Shown here: piece by piece, positions 9,271-19,087 of the stretch
Layout of the letters: every line of letters begins with the position of its first letter
Numbering within the stretch: position 1 is the first letter of the stretch
Assembly (NCBI GenBank): GCA_964372115.1
Contig: CAYJPN010000014.1
Location: 15,068 to 79,067 of the forward strand
Origin: an uncultured Ignavibacteriaceae bacterium
GTDB lineage: Bacteria > Bacteroidota > Ignavibacteria > Ignavibacteriales > Ignavibacteriaceae
Length of the DNA: 64,000 nt
Direction of reading: 5' to 3'
Notes under the pieces: model-generated
Databases searched by the model: none
What the model saw: the letters and a program-made list of their open reading frames with translations, nothing else
Told to the model about the DNA's origin: nothing
Made by a program: the position numbers and the translations under genes

Positions 9271-9858
9271 TTATTCAATTTTTAAAGGTGCTCCGACAAT
9301 CTTCATCCCGTGGTCTTCAAATGCTTTAATAACTTCTTCTTTTGATGGTGTAGTTGTCCAGGAATCTGTTGTCTTAAAAAAATCTTCCATTTTCCCCGCC
9401 GGCAAATAAGATACTATTGTCCTGGCTCTTTCTGTTAATTGTATGAATGCGTGCGGTACATTGCGAGGAAGAAATATAGTATCCCCAGCTTTCATATTAT
9501 ATCTTTCTTCACCGACTTGAAACAGATATTCCCCCTCTGTCACAAAAAACCACTCATCTTGATTTAAATGTATATGTAATGGTGGACCTCCATTTGGCGT
9601 AAATCCGGTTTGTTCAAATACCGCGAGTTCACCATCTGTATCATTTCCACTAATCTTTATATCAAGATTGTTTAAAGTAACTCCTTTCATTTTGTATTTT
9701 TTCCCAAGTCTTGCTTCACCCGAATTTACTTTGAATCCTTTTTTTGTTTCCATAAAAATTCCTTTTTCAAAAAATATTGAGAAATTATTATTCACTTTAG
9801 CAATGAGATTTATTGGATACAATAATAATACACTTAAAATTAACTTCCTTCTTTTCAT
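9271..9858 (-). CDS. Cupin-domain protein (cupin_2-like), possibly secreted
   Basis: GGPPLHIHLNQDEWFFVTEGEY...AGDTIFLPRNVPHAF is a classic two-motif cupin core. A hydrophobic N-terminus precedes an internal Met, so the start is uncertain. Confidence 0.75.
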   Translation of the reverse strand: MKRRKLILSVLLLYPINLIAKVNNNFSIFFEKGIFMETKKGFKVNSGEARLGKKYKMKGVTLNNLDIKISGNDTDGELAVFEQTGFTPNGGPPLHIHLNQDEWFFVTEGEYLFQVGEERYNMKAGDTIFLPRNVPHAFIQLTERARTIVSYLPAGKMEDFFKTTDSWTTTPSKEEVIKAFEDHGMKIVGAPLKIE

Positions 9859-10554
9859 ATTCGCTTCACTTCATTTATATTAATTTCCTATGCATCTAAC
9901 CATTAAGCGTTTTTCTGTATATGAGCAAAAAAAATGATGCGCCGTAAAAAATGCAAGACAGCTCTTTGACTGATAAAATACAGTTTTGCGAAACCGGACA
10001 GCACAAACTATGGGAATTCAATTCCATATCCTTTTCCCACCCGGCAGTAAAACTTTATTCATCATATTATTTTTTTGTCTCATTCACTCGATGCTCTTAA
10101 AAATTTATTTATTTACAATCATGTATAATTTTATTTCATCCGGGGTAGTTGTTTTTTTATTAAAAAAAATTGAAGTTAAACAAACTTCAAAAATTTGTGC
10201 TAATTTCGGAAAACCTTCGAGAGGCGTATTTTCCGCGCTGCACGGAACTGAAAGAAGAACGACACTGAAGCCGTTAGGAAAAAGAAAATAGTTACTGTTT
10301 ATAAACACCCATTTGTATTATTAATAAAAATGATTATATGATCTCTAAAAAATTATTCCGATTAATATATCATTTTGCACCAGTTCCAAGCCTATAGTGA
10401 TAATTGCAAGCGCAAATTAAACCGAGTATAATTATTAATCAAGCTGCCAGTTAAATATTCAGCCCTCAACAAAATTTGATTTTTCCCAATTGTTCGTTTT
10501 TGCAATAACTTCAACGTTATTTAAACGGTAGCGCTCATTTTTGTCCTCTGCAAA

Positions 10555-10660
10555 TTCTTCCGGCATCAACGCATATTCGTTAAGCGTCAACAAAAAATCG
10601 TTAAGCATCAGCACAAAATTCCGGGCGTAACTGAAAAACTATTGGGCGTCAACGAAAAAC
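10555..10660. repeat. Five imperfect tandem repeats with a period of about 21 bp (iteron-like)
   Basis: Cores GCATCAAC / GCGTCAAC / GCATCAGC / GCGTAACT / GCGTCAAC are each followed by an A-run (AAAAAAT, ACAAAATT, GAAAAACT, GAAAAAC). There is no long ORF here. Confidence 0.55.
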
Positions 10661-10829
10661 AGCCGGGTAAGGCTGATTCATCACAGATAATTAATAATAA
10701 CTAATTTATTAGGGATGAAAATGGAAATAACATGTCCGCTTTTTACAGACTGGCTTAGATTATTTTTTTATTCCCTATCCGTGTTAATCCGTGAAATCAG
10801 TGTCTGCCCGTGTGCCATTCTCGCCTAAA

Positions 10830-11375
10830 TTACTTTAAAAGAAGCATCTTTTTAATTGAATGTAAATTCCCGGCTGCAATCCTACAAAAATAAACTCCTG
10901 ATGCCAAATTGTTTCCGTTAAATTTTACCCGGTAGCTTCTCCAGTGTTGATAATCATTAACAAGAGTTTTTATTTCCCTTCGGAGTATATCAAATATCTT
11001 GACCGAAACATGCGAGTATTGTGGAATCCGATACTCAATAATAGTTTCAGGGTTAAATGGGTTGGGGTAATTTTGAGATAAAGAATAACCGATCCGGTAA
11101 ATTTATTTTGTCCTTTATATCGGAAGCTAAATCGAATACTCTTAAGGTATCGTAGATGGACAATCCTTTTATAGTAAAAAGAAAAAGCGTATCTCCACCA
11201 TCCGGAATAAATGAGGATGAATCACCATAAAAAACTATTTTCCAGCTTATTGTTTCACAATCTACATCCGAGAATCTTATCTGATAATTAAAAGATAATG
11301 TATCCCGCCGGTACAGACTACCTTTAGTAAATGCAAATTGAATTTTGTTAAAAATTTCTTCCCATTTCTGTTTTT
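10830..11375 (-). pseudogene. 5'-truncated, frameshifted remnant of a T9SS C-terminal-domain protein
   Basis: The reverse strand of 10830-11102 reads ...LSQNYPNPFNPETIIEYRIPQYSHVSVKIFDILRREIKTLVNDYQHWRSYRVKFNGNNLASGVYFCRIAAGNLHSIKKMLLLK*, preceded by an in-frame stop. A second open stretch in another frame (about 11103-11375) abuts the symporter stop and has no start codon. Confidence 0.7.
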
Positions 11376-11378
11376 CTC

Positions 11379-13493
11379 TTACATTTCTTTTTCGGCTTCT
11401 ATAAGTTTCCCTGTAACAAACTGAGCTTTTTCAAGATGTAATTGACGAATCATTACAACGCCATGTTCATTGTGCGGCTCGCCTATCACTGAGTGACAAG
11501 ATTTTAATCCGCCAAGCCATTTACGGTTATCAGTAATATAAACTAGATCGCCAACATCAGCTTGCATTTTGTGCATTTCTTTTTTTGAAAAGTTTATAAC
11601 GTCATTATTCCCTTCAACAATTTGCCAATTAATTTTTACTTTTTCCCCTTCTCTCTCATTCAACTTGCCCCCTTTGAACCATTCTTTGGCGTGGCGAATA
11701 GAGCCGATAGTTAAACCAAGGACTTGAGTTTCTTCATCATATTTTACATAAACGGTTGTAGTAATTGCAACGAAAACACACATGAGCAGCGTTATGGGAA
11801 AAAGAACACCCAAACCGCCCATATTAATATTAAAGAACACTGCCGCTAAATCGATAAAAATAATTACGGCGCTTAAAGCAATAATAAAATACATTATCCC
11901 TTTATCTTTAGGATTTTTCCTTATCTTTTTTGCAAGTCTTTTTAATTGGTCATGAAATAATGTAACAATAACTGCAACCGATAAACAAACAATTAAATTA
12001 TATAATGCCGCCATATAAGTAAAAGGATGCACCGGATCGTACGGAGTTCCGTGAGCAAAAGGTTGGATAAGCTGCAGCGGGAATTTAAACCCGAGCAGCA
12101 TTAACGAAACCCCGCCGAGTACAGTTGTAATAAGCCCTGCCGGAGTAAACTTCTTCCAGAAAGCGCCAAGGAAAATAGCTACCATAAGAGGGGGAGTTAT
12201 TGTAGCATGAAAGAAAGCATGCGCTTGATAAATTGTGGGGTAGGACTTAAAACCATAAACGGCAATTACACCAAGAACTGTAAACGCTGCCGTTGCGGTT
12301 CTTGCTACTAACATTGCTCTTTTTTCATCCACTACATCTTCTTTTTTTATTTTCTTCAGCCATAATCTAACTGGTCTGTCAACATCGTTTACCCAAATTG
12401 CGGCGGTAGCATTTACCAGAGTACTTACCGTCGACATCAAAGCCGCTGCAATTGCGGCAATTACAAAACCAAATACTCCGGGCCCTGTTAATATATTTGC
12501 GACAACAACAAAAACACTATCCGGAGCAGAATCCGGTGAAATTAAATCAGGTCTTGCTACGGAAATTGCTTTTGCAACCCAGCCTCCTCCTCCGACCACA
12601 ATTGCCGAAATGGGAAGCATAAATAATATATTTGCTGTTGCAGCTTTTCTTCCTTCATGAACATTTTTAGTCGCCATAAATCGCATTATAAGCCCCATGT
12701 TCATGAACAAAAATCCAACCGAGCCGGCAATTGCGTCTTCCCAAAATATTCCAACGGAGTTAAACTCTGCTGGTGAGTTAAATCCCGCAAATGGAAGTTT
12801 CCACGATGTTGGCAGGAGATGCCAGAACGAATCCCAGCCCCCGACAAATGAAATACCCAGTATAAAAACTAATAAGCCGGCAAATATCAACATTGCCCCC
12901 TGCACCAAATCTGTAAATATTACGGCGGTTTGACCCCCGAAGGTAATATAGATACCTACCACCACGGCTGTTATCCAAATTAAACCCATTAAAGTAAGAT
13001 GGAATTGAATGCCAAGTATGGTAAAACTATCCGGCATTAATGGCATTATTGCCTTACCCATGGTTAAGAATCCTATTCCCACATAACCAATTAAATAAAG
13101 CAACTGGAGAATAGTTACAAAAAATCTTGCGGAGGGAGAAAATCTTTTTTCAAAGTATTCCGGAATTGAACGAATTTTTGAATAGACTATTATCGGAAGC
13201 CATCCGAATAAAAAGAAAGGAACAAAAAACCAATCATTCATGTAGGACATCGATGACGAAAAACCGTACTTAAAACCCATTGCAGAATATTTAATAAAAC
13301 TATGGCTGCTGATTCCGGTGGCAACAATGGACATTGCGATTATCCACCAGGCAAACCTTCTACCCCCAAAGAAAAAATCATTTGTGTCTTTATTGTATTT
13401 TGCAAAATAAGTTCCGAAGAGCAGCATTGCCAGCAAATAAATAATAAGGACGATCCAATCTAACTGAGTTCCGATATTGTGCACTGTTTCCAT
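11379..13493 (-). CDS. Sodium:solute symporter (SSS/SLC5 family) with a soluble C-terminal extension of about 110 aa
   Basis: 704 aa and polytopic. The N-terminal FFFGGRRFAWW, the overall TM pattern and the Gly-rich helices are typical of SSS transporters. The tail (KINWQIVEGNNDV...VIGEPHNEHGVVMI) is non-membrane. Confidence 0.75.
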   Translation of the reverse strand: METVHNIGTQLDWIVLIIYLLAMLLFGTYFAKYNKDTNDFFFGGRRFAWWIIAMSIVATGISSHSFIKYSAMGFKYGFSSSMSYMNDWFFVPFFLFGWLPIIVYSKIRSIPEYFEKRFSPSARFFVTILQLLYLIGYVGIGFLTMGKAIMPLMPDSFTILGIQFHLTLMGLIWITAVVVGIYITFGGQTAVIFTDLVQGAMLIFAGLLVFILGISFVGGWDSFWHLLPTSWKLPFAGFNSPAEFNSVGIFWEDAIAGSVGFLFMNMGLIMRFMATKNVHEGRKAATANILFMLPISAIVVGGGGWVAKAISVARPDLISPDSAPDSVFVVVANILTGPGVFGFVIAAIAAALMSTVSTLVNATAAIWVNDVDRPVRLWLKKIKKEDVVDEKRAMLVARTATAAFTVLGVIAVYGFKSYPTIYQAHAFFHATITPPLMVAIFLGAFWKKFTPAGLITTVLGGVSLMLLGFKFPLQLIQPFAHGTPYDPVHPFTYMAALYNLIVCLSVAVIVTLFHDQLKRLAKKIRKNPKDKGIMYFIIALSAVIIFIDLAAVFFNINMGGLGVLFPITLLMCVFVAITTTVYVKYDEETQVLGLTIGSIRHAKEWFKGGKLNEREGEKVKINWQIVEGNNDVINFSKKEMHKMQADVGDLVYITDNRKWLGGLKSCHSVIGEPHNEHGVVMIRQLHLEKAQFVTGKLIEAEKEM

Positions 13494-13500
13494 TTTCTCC

Positions 13501-13713
13501 TCAAAAATATAAAGCTGCTAAAATTACAACCGCATGGATCGCAACAAAGTAAAAAAATCCGAAGATCAATACTTTCCACCAGTAACGATCCCGTTTAAGT
13601 CTCATGTCCATAGCTTTTGTTTTACGGATAAGTATAAGACCGATCGCAAAGAATATTCCGCCGCCAACATAGAGGTAGATGAAAGGAAGCCAGGTATCAA
13701 AAAATGAGAGCAT
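13501..13713 (-). CDS. Small membrane protein with two TM segments, co-transcribed upstream of the symporter
   Basis: 70 aa with two hydrophobic segments. It ends 7 nt before the symporter start. No recognisable family. Confidence 0.5.
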   Translation of the reverse strand: MLSFFDTWLPFIYLYVGGGIFFAIGLILIRKTKAMDMRLKRDRYWWKVLIFGFFYFVAIHAVVILAALYF

Positions 13714-13894
13714 ATCGACTCGCTGAATGTTTCGAAATGTTTTTTAAAAATCGTGATAAATTAAGGAAGGGTGTGCTTTTATCCAAATTAATTTATTGTA
13801 AAATTTTTTAAATTTTATAATTTTTAGTTGACTTGATGGGAAATAATGTTATGCATTATTGCACTCACATTGGCGCTGAGGTTGTTGAGAAATA

Positions 13895-13942
13895 AAATAA
13901 CCGATGCGCCATAGGGTGTAAAAACCAATTACGGCGCATCCG
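13895..13942 (-). terminator. Hairpin terminator downstream of the 13965-14555 gene
   Basis: GATGCGCC (13903-13910) pairs with GGCGCATC (13933-13940). On the minus strand it is followed by a T-rich tract (GGTTATTTTATTTC). Confidence 0.45.
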
Positions 13943-13964
13943 GCAAATGCGGTTTATTTCTTTC

Positions 13965-14555
13965 TTATTTTTTGATGATAATTTTCTTCATCTTTTTCCC
14001 TTTTTCCCCTTTCCCGCTCCATATTTTCAGATCATGTTTTTTTTCCATCGACTTAAGAAACTCATCGGCTTCATTTCCCTCATAAACTTTAACTTCTTCT
14101 ACACCGTCTTCGGTTGTTGTTACTGTAACTTTTTTAACCCCGTCTTCTTCGGAAACAATAATTTTCTTTTTCATTTCCATCCCCACATCATCGCCATCGT
14201 GAAATAGAAAAATATTGGTAGAATCTCCGTCTTCCCCTATAAATTTCAATATATTTGCGTCATCAATTTCCTCGATAATCATATCGTCTTCCCCTATCCA
14301 GTTAAGGTTATCATCGTCTACTGTTACTTGGATCTTCTTTATTTTTTTCTCTTTTAGTTTTTTGAATATTGCGGCAGCGTCATCACCTTCAAAAACTACA
14401 TCCCCAGAAGCAGTTGAAATTGTAATTTTATTTACATCGCCTTTTATCCCATCCAATTTTTCTTTTACCGAAGTTTGCGCTAATAAAATTGTTGCCGCAA
14501 AGAGCGTAAATAAGATGGTCAGTGTAAAAAACTTTGTTCCTTTTGTTGGGTTCAT
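13965..14555 (-). CDS. Secreted hypothetical protein, acidic and Lys-rich
   Basis: Signal peptide FTLTILFTLFAATILLAQT. The body is low-complexity D/E/K-rich. The overlapping + strand ORFs are antisense artefacts. Confidence 0.6.
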   Translation of the reverse strand: MNPTKGTKFFTLTILFTLFAATILLAQTSVKEKLDGIKGDVNKITISTASGDVVFEGDDAAAIFKKLKEKKIKKIQVTVDDDNLNWIGEDDMIIEEIDDANILKFIGEDGDSTNIFLFHDGDDVGMEMKKKIIVSEEDGVKKVTVTTTEDGVEEVKVYEGNEADEFLKSMEKKHDLKIWSGKGEKGKKMKKIIIKK

Positions 14556-14694
14556 TTTTTGTTCCTTTTGTTTTTTTGAAATTCTTAAGCAAATTTAGTT
14601 ATCTAAAAATTTACATTCTGTTAATGCTTTGTTAAATAATGTTAAAATATGTTAAAAACAGAAAAAGTAACTGATAATGAGTTAATTTTGCACA

Positions 14695-16248
14695 ATGAAG
14701 AAAAAAAGACTCCATATTATTATTTCCCTAATTACACTTGCAATGATAAGTTTAATTATTGTGCAGGGGTATTGGATTGTAAATGCAATAAAGATTGAGC
14801 ATGAACGTTTTGCAAGCAATGTTCGGGAAGCGCTTGAAAATGTTGTTGGCCGCGTTGAGAAAGAGGAAACGGCACAAGCGGTTATAAAAACTCTCGGCGA
14901 TTCAACCAGCGATGTTTTCGTTTTTATGGATTCCTCTAATAGAAAAGGGGGAAATTTTATGTGGAAGGATAATGAAGATGTAACATTGGTGCCTGTGAAA
15001 AGATTGGTAAGAGCATATGCTCGCAGTCGTGATACTAACAAATCAAAACAAATAATTAGTCATGACACCACTTTTCACACTTTTTCTATAAATAAAAACG
15101 GAAAGTTATTAATTCGCGATTCAGTATACATAAAAAAAACAACGCTTGTAAAAAATGTGGTTGATGAACTTGTGTCGATAAAAGAATTTAGTGGAATTAA
15201 TGAGCGGATTACACAAAAACAAATCGACTCACTTTTGAGTTCTAACTTAAATGAAAAAGGAATTGATGCCGAATTTGGTTTTGAAGTAAAAAACTCTGAC
15301 AGCACAAAAGCGGTTCTCTCAAATATGGCGAACAATAAAGGGATAACAACCGGGAAACCATATAAAGTTGAACTTTTCCCGGACGAACTACTTGCCGAGC
15401 AGAGTTTTCTTTATGTTTATTTTCCAGCGCAGACGAGTTATGTAATAAAAAATATCTCGTTCATGCTTGGAGTTTCGGCAATTGTTATTCTTATTATTAT
15501 CGGTCTTTTTTATAAAACTATCCGGCTGCTGATATCTCAAAAAAATTTGGCTGAAATTCGCAGCGACCTTATAAACAATGTTACTCACGAATTTAAAACT
15601 CCGCTTTCCACTGTTTCATTAGCCTGCGATGCTTTAACCGAACCGGAATTAATGAGCAGCGAAAAGTCATACTTAAAATATGTTGATATTATCCGTGACG
15701 AAAATAAACGTTTGCAGTTTATGGTTGAAAACATTCTTAATACATCCTTGTTTGAGAATGGCGGATTTATACTCAACAAAGTTAAAATCAATTTACACGA
15801 ATTGCTGGAAGAATTGATCGACTCATTTGAAATTTGTATTTCTGGGCACGAAGGAATTATCATTCAAGAATTGAAAGCCGTCAACTTTATTCTGCATGGA
15901 GATACATTACATATTCGAAACGCAATAGCAAACGTAATTGATAATTCAATAAAATATTCAAGCGGAAAACCGATTGTTAAAATAAAAACCGAAACGATAA
16001 ATGAAATACTTAGATTGGAAATTGAAGATAACGGAATCGGCATTCCGAAACATAGCGTGAAAAAAATATTTGACACTTTTTACAGAGTACCTACAGGGAA
16101 CGTGCATAACGTAAAAGGTTACGGAATTGGACTGAGTTACGCAAAAAAAGTATTTGAATTGCACGATGCAACAATATCGGTAGTAAGTAACACCGGAAAA
16201 GGGTCAATATTCACAATTGAGTTTTTTCAAAATGACAACCAAAGCTAA
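14695..16248 (+). CDS. Sensor histidine kinase (HisKA + HATPase_c), two TM segments
   Basis: H-box NNVTHEFKTPLSTV, N-box NVIDNSIKYS, DNGIGIP and GYGIGLSYAKK motifs. Confidence 0.85.
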   Translation: MKKKRLHIIISLITLAMISLIIVQGYWIVNAIKIEHERFASNVREALENVVGRVEKEETAQAVIKTLGDSTSDVFVFMDSSNRKGGNFMWKDNEDVTLVPVKRLVRAYARSRDTNKSKQIISHDTTFHTFSINKNGKLLIRDSVYIKKTTLVKNVVDELVSIKEFSGINERITQKQIDSLLSSNLNEKGIDAEFGFEVKNSDSTKAVLSNMANNKGITTGKPYKVELFPDELLAEQSFLYVYFPAQTSYVIKNISFMLGVSAIVILIIIGLFYKTIRLLISQKNLAEIRSDLINNVTHEFKTPLSTVSLACDALTEPELMSSEKSYLKYVDIIRDENKRLQFMVENILNTSLFENGGFILNKVKINLHELLEELIDSFEICISGHEGIIIQELKAVNFILHGDTLHIRNAIANVIDNSIKYSSGKPIVKIKTETINEILRLEIEDNGIGIPKHSVKKIFDTFYRVPTGNVHNVKGYGIGLSYAKKVFELHDATISVVSNTGKGSIFTIEFFQNDNQS

Positions 16249-16927
16249 TATATTATTTGCCGAAGACGATCCAAATCTGGGAGCAATATTAAACGACTTT
16301 TTAAAAGTGAAAGGTTATGATGTTACACTCTGCAAGGATGGAGCCGAGGCACTATCCGCTTTTTCGAAAAGCAAATATGATCTTTGCATTCTCGACGTAA
16401 TGATGCCTATACTTGATGGTTTTAGTGCGGCAAGAGAAATGAAAAATAATGACACAAATATTCCTATCATATTTTTAACGGCAAAATCTCTTCAAAACGA
16501 TAAAATAGAGGGTTTAAAAATTGGCGCCGATGATTATATTACAAAACCTTTCAACAGCGAAGAGTTGTTTCTTAGGATAGAAAATATTCTTAAACGTACG
16601 CATCATCATAAGCAGGCAAATACAAATAGAGCGGTTTTTTCAATCGGCGGATACACCTTCGATTTTAATCAACGGGTTTTAATTTACAAAACTTCAACTC
16701 GTAAACTTACTTCGAGAGAAGCAGAATTATTGCGGCTTTTATGTGAATATAAAAATGATACTTTGCCCAGAGTTATCGCGCTAAAACAAATTTGGAACGA
16801 GGACAACTATTTTACTTCGCGGAGTATGGATGTTTTTATAACCAAACTTCGTGCGTACTTAAAAGAAGATAATAAAGTAGAAATAATAAATGTTCATGGT
16901 ACAGGGTTTAAACTTATTTGCTGCTAA
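16232..16927 (+). CDS. OmpR/PhoB-type response regulator
   Basis: ILFAEDD...DLCILDVMMP...FLTAK receiver motifs plus a winged-helix output (LTSREAELLRLL...VHGTGFKL). It overlaps the kinase 3' end. An alternative start lies at 16217. Confidence 0.85.
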   Translation: MTTKANILFAEDDPNLGAILNDFLKVKGYDVTLCKDGAEALSAFSKSKYDLCILDVMMPILDGFSAAREMKNNDTNIPIIFLTAKSLQNDKIEGLKIGADDYITKPFNSEELFLRIENILKRTHHHKQANTNRAVFSIGGYTFDFNQRVLIYKTSTRKLTSREAELLRLLCEYKNDTLPRVIALKQIWNEDNYFTSRSMDVFITKLRAYLKEDNKVEIINVHGTGFKLICC

Positions 16928-17226
16928 TTATTTTTCCGGACTTATTTAAAATCCCAAAAGAATTATTTTTATTGTCATTAAGGTAAAATTAATTAATAAC
17001 TCACCTAACGCAGAAGTCTGAAATTGTACCGTAAATCGAATCGAAGCTTCGATAAATTAAATAATTTTTATCCGTTGACTAACAGATACTACAAATCTGT
17101 GTAAGGAGAGTTATCAAAATATTATTGACGATAAAAACACATTCTGTTCTTAAATAATTATTATTGTTAAATTGCATTTAGTATGTTTAATGCAATATTT
17201 TGTAAAGCAAATAAAAAGTAATTGAT

Positions 17227-18945
17227 ATGAAATTCGGTCTCTCCCGCTACACACTCGATACATTTTTTGAAAAAGTTGTCGAATTATATTCCGGTAATCC
17301 TGCACTGTCGCTTGTAGGAGAAGAACCGATTACTTTTAAGGAATTCGGTAGCAGGGTAAACAAATTACAAATAACGCTTCATGAATTAGGAATACGCAAG
17401 GGAGACAGGGTTATTATACTCGGCACATCTTCCCCCAACTGGGCTATAGTTTTTATGGCTATAATGACGATGGGAGCTGTTGCTGTTCCGATACTGGAAG
17501 GTTTTCCCGAAACAGACATTGACCATATAATTCGCCATTCCGAGTCAAAAGGAATTTTTATTTCCGAAAACTTGCACAGCAGTCTAATTCTTGCATCCCT
17601 CGAACAATTAAAATTTATAATAAAATTAGATGACTTTTCACAGTATACCGGTGAGACAAAGGAGAAAAATATTTGGAAAAGAATTGTAGACTTTCATGAT
17701 AAAGTAGTGCTTGCATTGGAAAAAGAACGCCCCGATTTCAAAAAGAGTAATATTGACGAAGATGATATAGCCGAAATATTATACACCTCCGGCACTACCG
17801 GACACTCAAAAGGTGTTATGCTAACGCACAAAAATCTTGTTAGTAATTTATTCGAGGGACCGGATTTATTAAAAGTAATAAATCAAAAAAGTATAATTTT
17901 ATCAATACTTCCTATGGCTCATGCATTCGGTTCAACATCGGCTTTTCTTTCGATAATTTATTGCGGTGGCAGCATAGTTTATATGGGAAAAAAACCATCA
18001 CCAAAAATACTATTGGAAACTATGCAGTTTGTTAAGCCGACAATCTTTGGTTCGGTGCCTTTGGTTTTCGAAAAAATTTATCATAAAAGAGTTCTTCCAA
18101 CCATCGCAAATAATTCATTGTTTCGGATTTTAGCCAAAGGGAAATCGACAAAAAAAGTACTCAATAAACTCATCGCAAAAAAAATAAAAAAACTTTTCGG
18201 AGGGCGTCTCGATTGTGTTATCATTGGCGGCGCAAGTTTTTCGCCCGAGGTAGAAAAGTTTTTAAAAGATGGCGGCATCCCCTACTGCTGCGGCTATGGC
18301 TTAAGTGAGTGTGCGCCTTTGGTAACTTTCTCATCGATGGAGTCGCAAAAAATCGGATCACCCGGACATGCGATAACAGATGTTCAAATAAAAATTGTTG
18401 ATAAAGACAGCAAAACCGGCATTGGAGAAATTTGTGTGAAAGGTCCGAATGTAATGAAAGGTTATTACAAAAATGAAGAAGCCACTCGAAAAGCCTTTAC
18501 TGATGACGGCTGGTTAATTACGGGAGATAGAGGTTACCTTGATGAAGACGGATTTTTATTTATTACCGGACGCTCTAAAAATGTTATCATCGGGTCTTCC
18601 GGCGAGAATATTTATCCTGAAGTAATTGAAGCAAAATTATTAGAATCAACGTTTGTGGAAGAAACAATTGTTTATCAGGCAAATAATCAACTCATCGCTC
18701 GAATATTACCTGACTATACATATATAGAAAATTTGCAGAGTGCAAATAATGAAAATAAAATTGCTTCCAATATTGTTGATATTCTTGAGAATGTCCGTAA
18801 AGAAGTAAACAAAAAACTTCCCTCGTATTCAAAAATCAACCGTGTAATTGAGCAAACGTCCCCGTTTATTACTACACCAACAAATAAAATAAAACGTGTT
18901 GAGTATGTCCCGGGATATCTGGGCAATAAAAACCTGGATGAATAA
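17227..18945 (+). CDS. AMP-dependent acyl-CoA synthetase (long-chain-fatty-acid-CoA ligase-like)
   Basis: ILYTSGTTGHSKGV AMP-binding motif, GYGLSECAP, WLITGDRGYLDEDGFLFITGRSKN. Confidence 0.8.
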   Translation: MKFGLSRYTLDTFFEKVVELYSGNPALSLVGEEPITFKEFGSRVNKLQITLHELGIRKGDRVIILGTSSPNWAIVFMAIMTMGAVAVPILEGFPETDIDHIIRHSESKGIFISENLHSSLILASLEQLKFIIKLDDFSQYTGETKEKNIWKRIVDFHDKVVLALEKERPDFKKSNIDEDDIAEILYTSGTTGHSKGVMLTHKNLVSNLFEGPDLLKVINQKSIILSILPMAHAFGSTSAFLSIIYCGGSIVYMGKKPSPKILLETMQFVKPTIFGSVPLVFEKIYHKRVLPTIANNSLFRILAKGKSTKKVLNKLIAKKIKKLFGGRLDCVIIGGASFSPEVEKFLKDGGIPYCCGYGLSECAPLVTFSSMESQKIGSPGHAITDVQIKIVDKDSKTGIGEICVKGPNVMKGYYKNEEATRKAFTDDGWLITGDRGYLDEDGFLFITGRSKNVIIGSSGENIYPEVIEAKLLESTFVEETIVYQANNQLIARILPDYTYIENLQSANNENKIASNIVDILENVRKEVNKKLPSYSKINRVIEQTSPFITTPTNKIKRVEYVPGYLGNKNLDE

Positions 18946-19012
18946 ATTTTAAGTTTTGAAAAAACTCTTTCCAGATTTTTTACTTTTTGGTAATATATTA
19001 ACGAAAAGAAAT

Positions 19013-19080
19013 AGGTTGACTAAAAATTCAATTTTAATCTGTTAGAATGAAAATTTACTTTTTAGCCAACCTTTTTTAAT
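19013..19080. terminator. Long hairpin between the convergent ligase and porin genes (bidirectional terminator candidate)
   Basis: AGGTTGACTAAAAA (19013-19026) pairs with TTTTTAGCCAACCT (19059-19072) with one mismatch. It is followed by TTTTTAA on the + strand. Confidence 0.5.
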
Positions 19081-19087
19081 TTAAAAA

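Noticed and set aside
9986-10308. ORFs 9986-10291 (+) and 10105-10308 (-)
   Set aside because: They overlap each other on opposite strands in AT-rich DNA. Their composition is hydrophobic and low-complexity, and neither has an RBS. I treat the region as non-coding or decayed.
13947-14598. Plus-strand ORFs 13947-14207 and 14215-14598
   Set aside because: They lie antisense to the secreted D/E/K-rich protein gene. Their translations are low-complexity F/S/I-rich mirror images, and they have no RBS.
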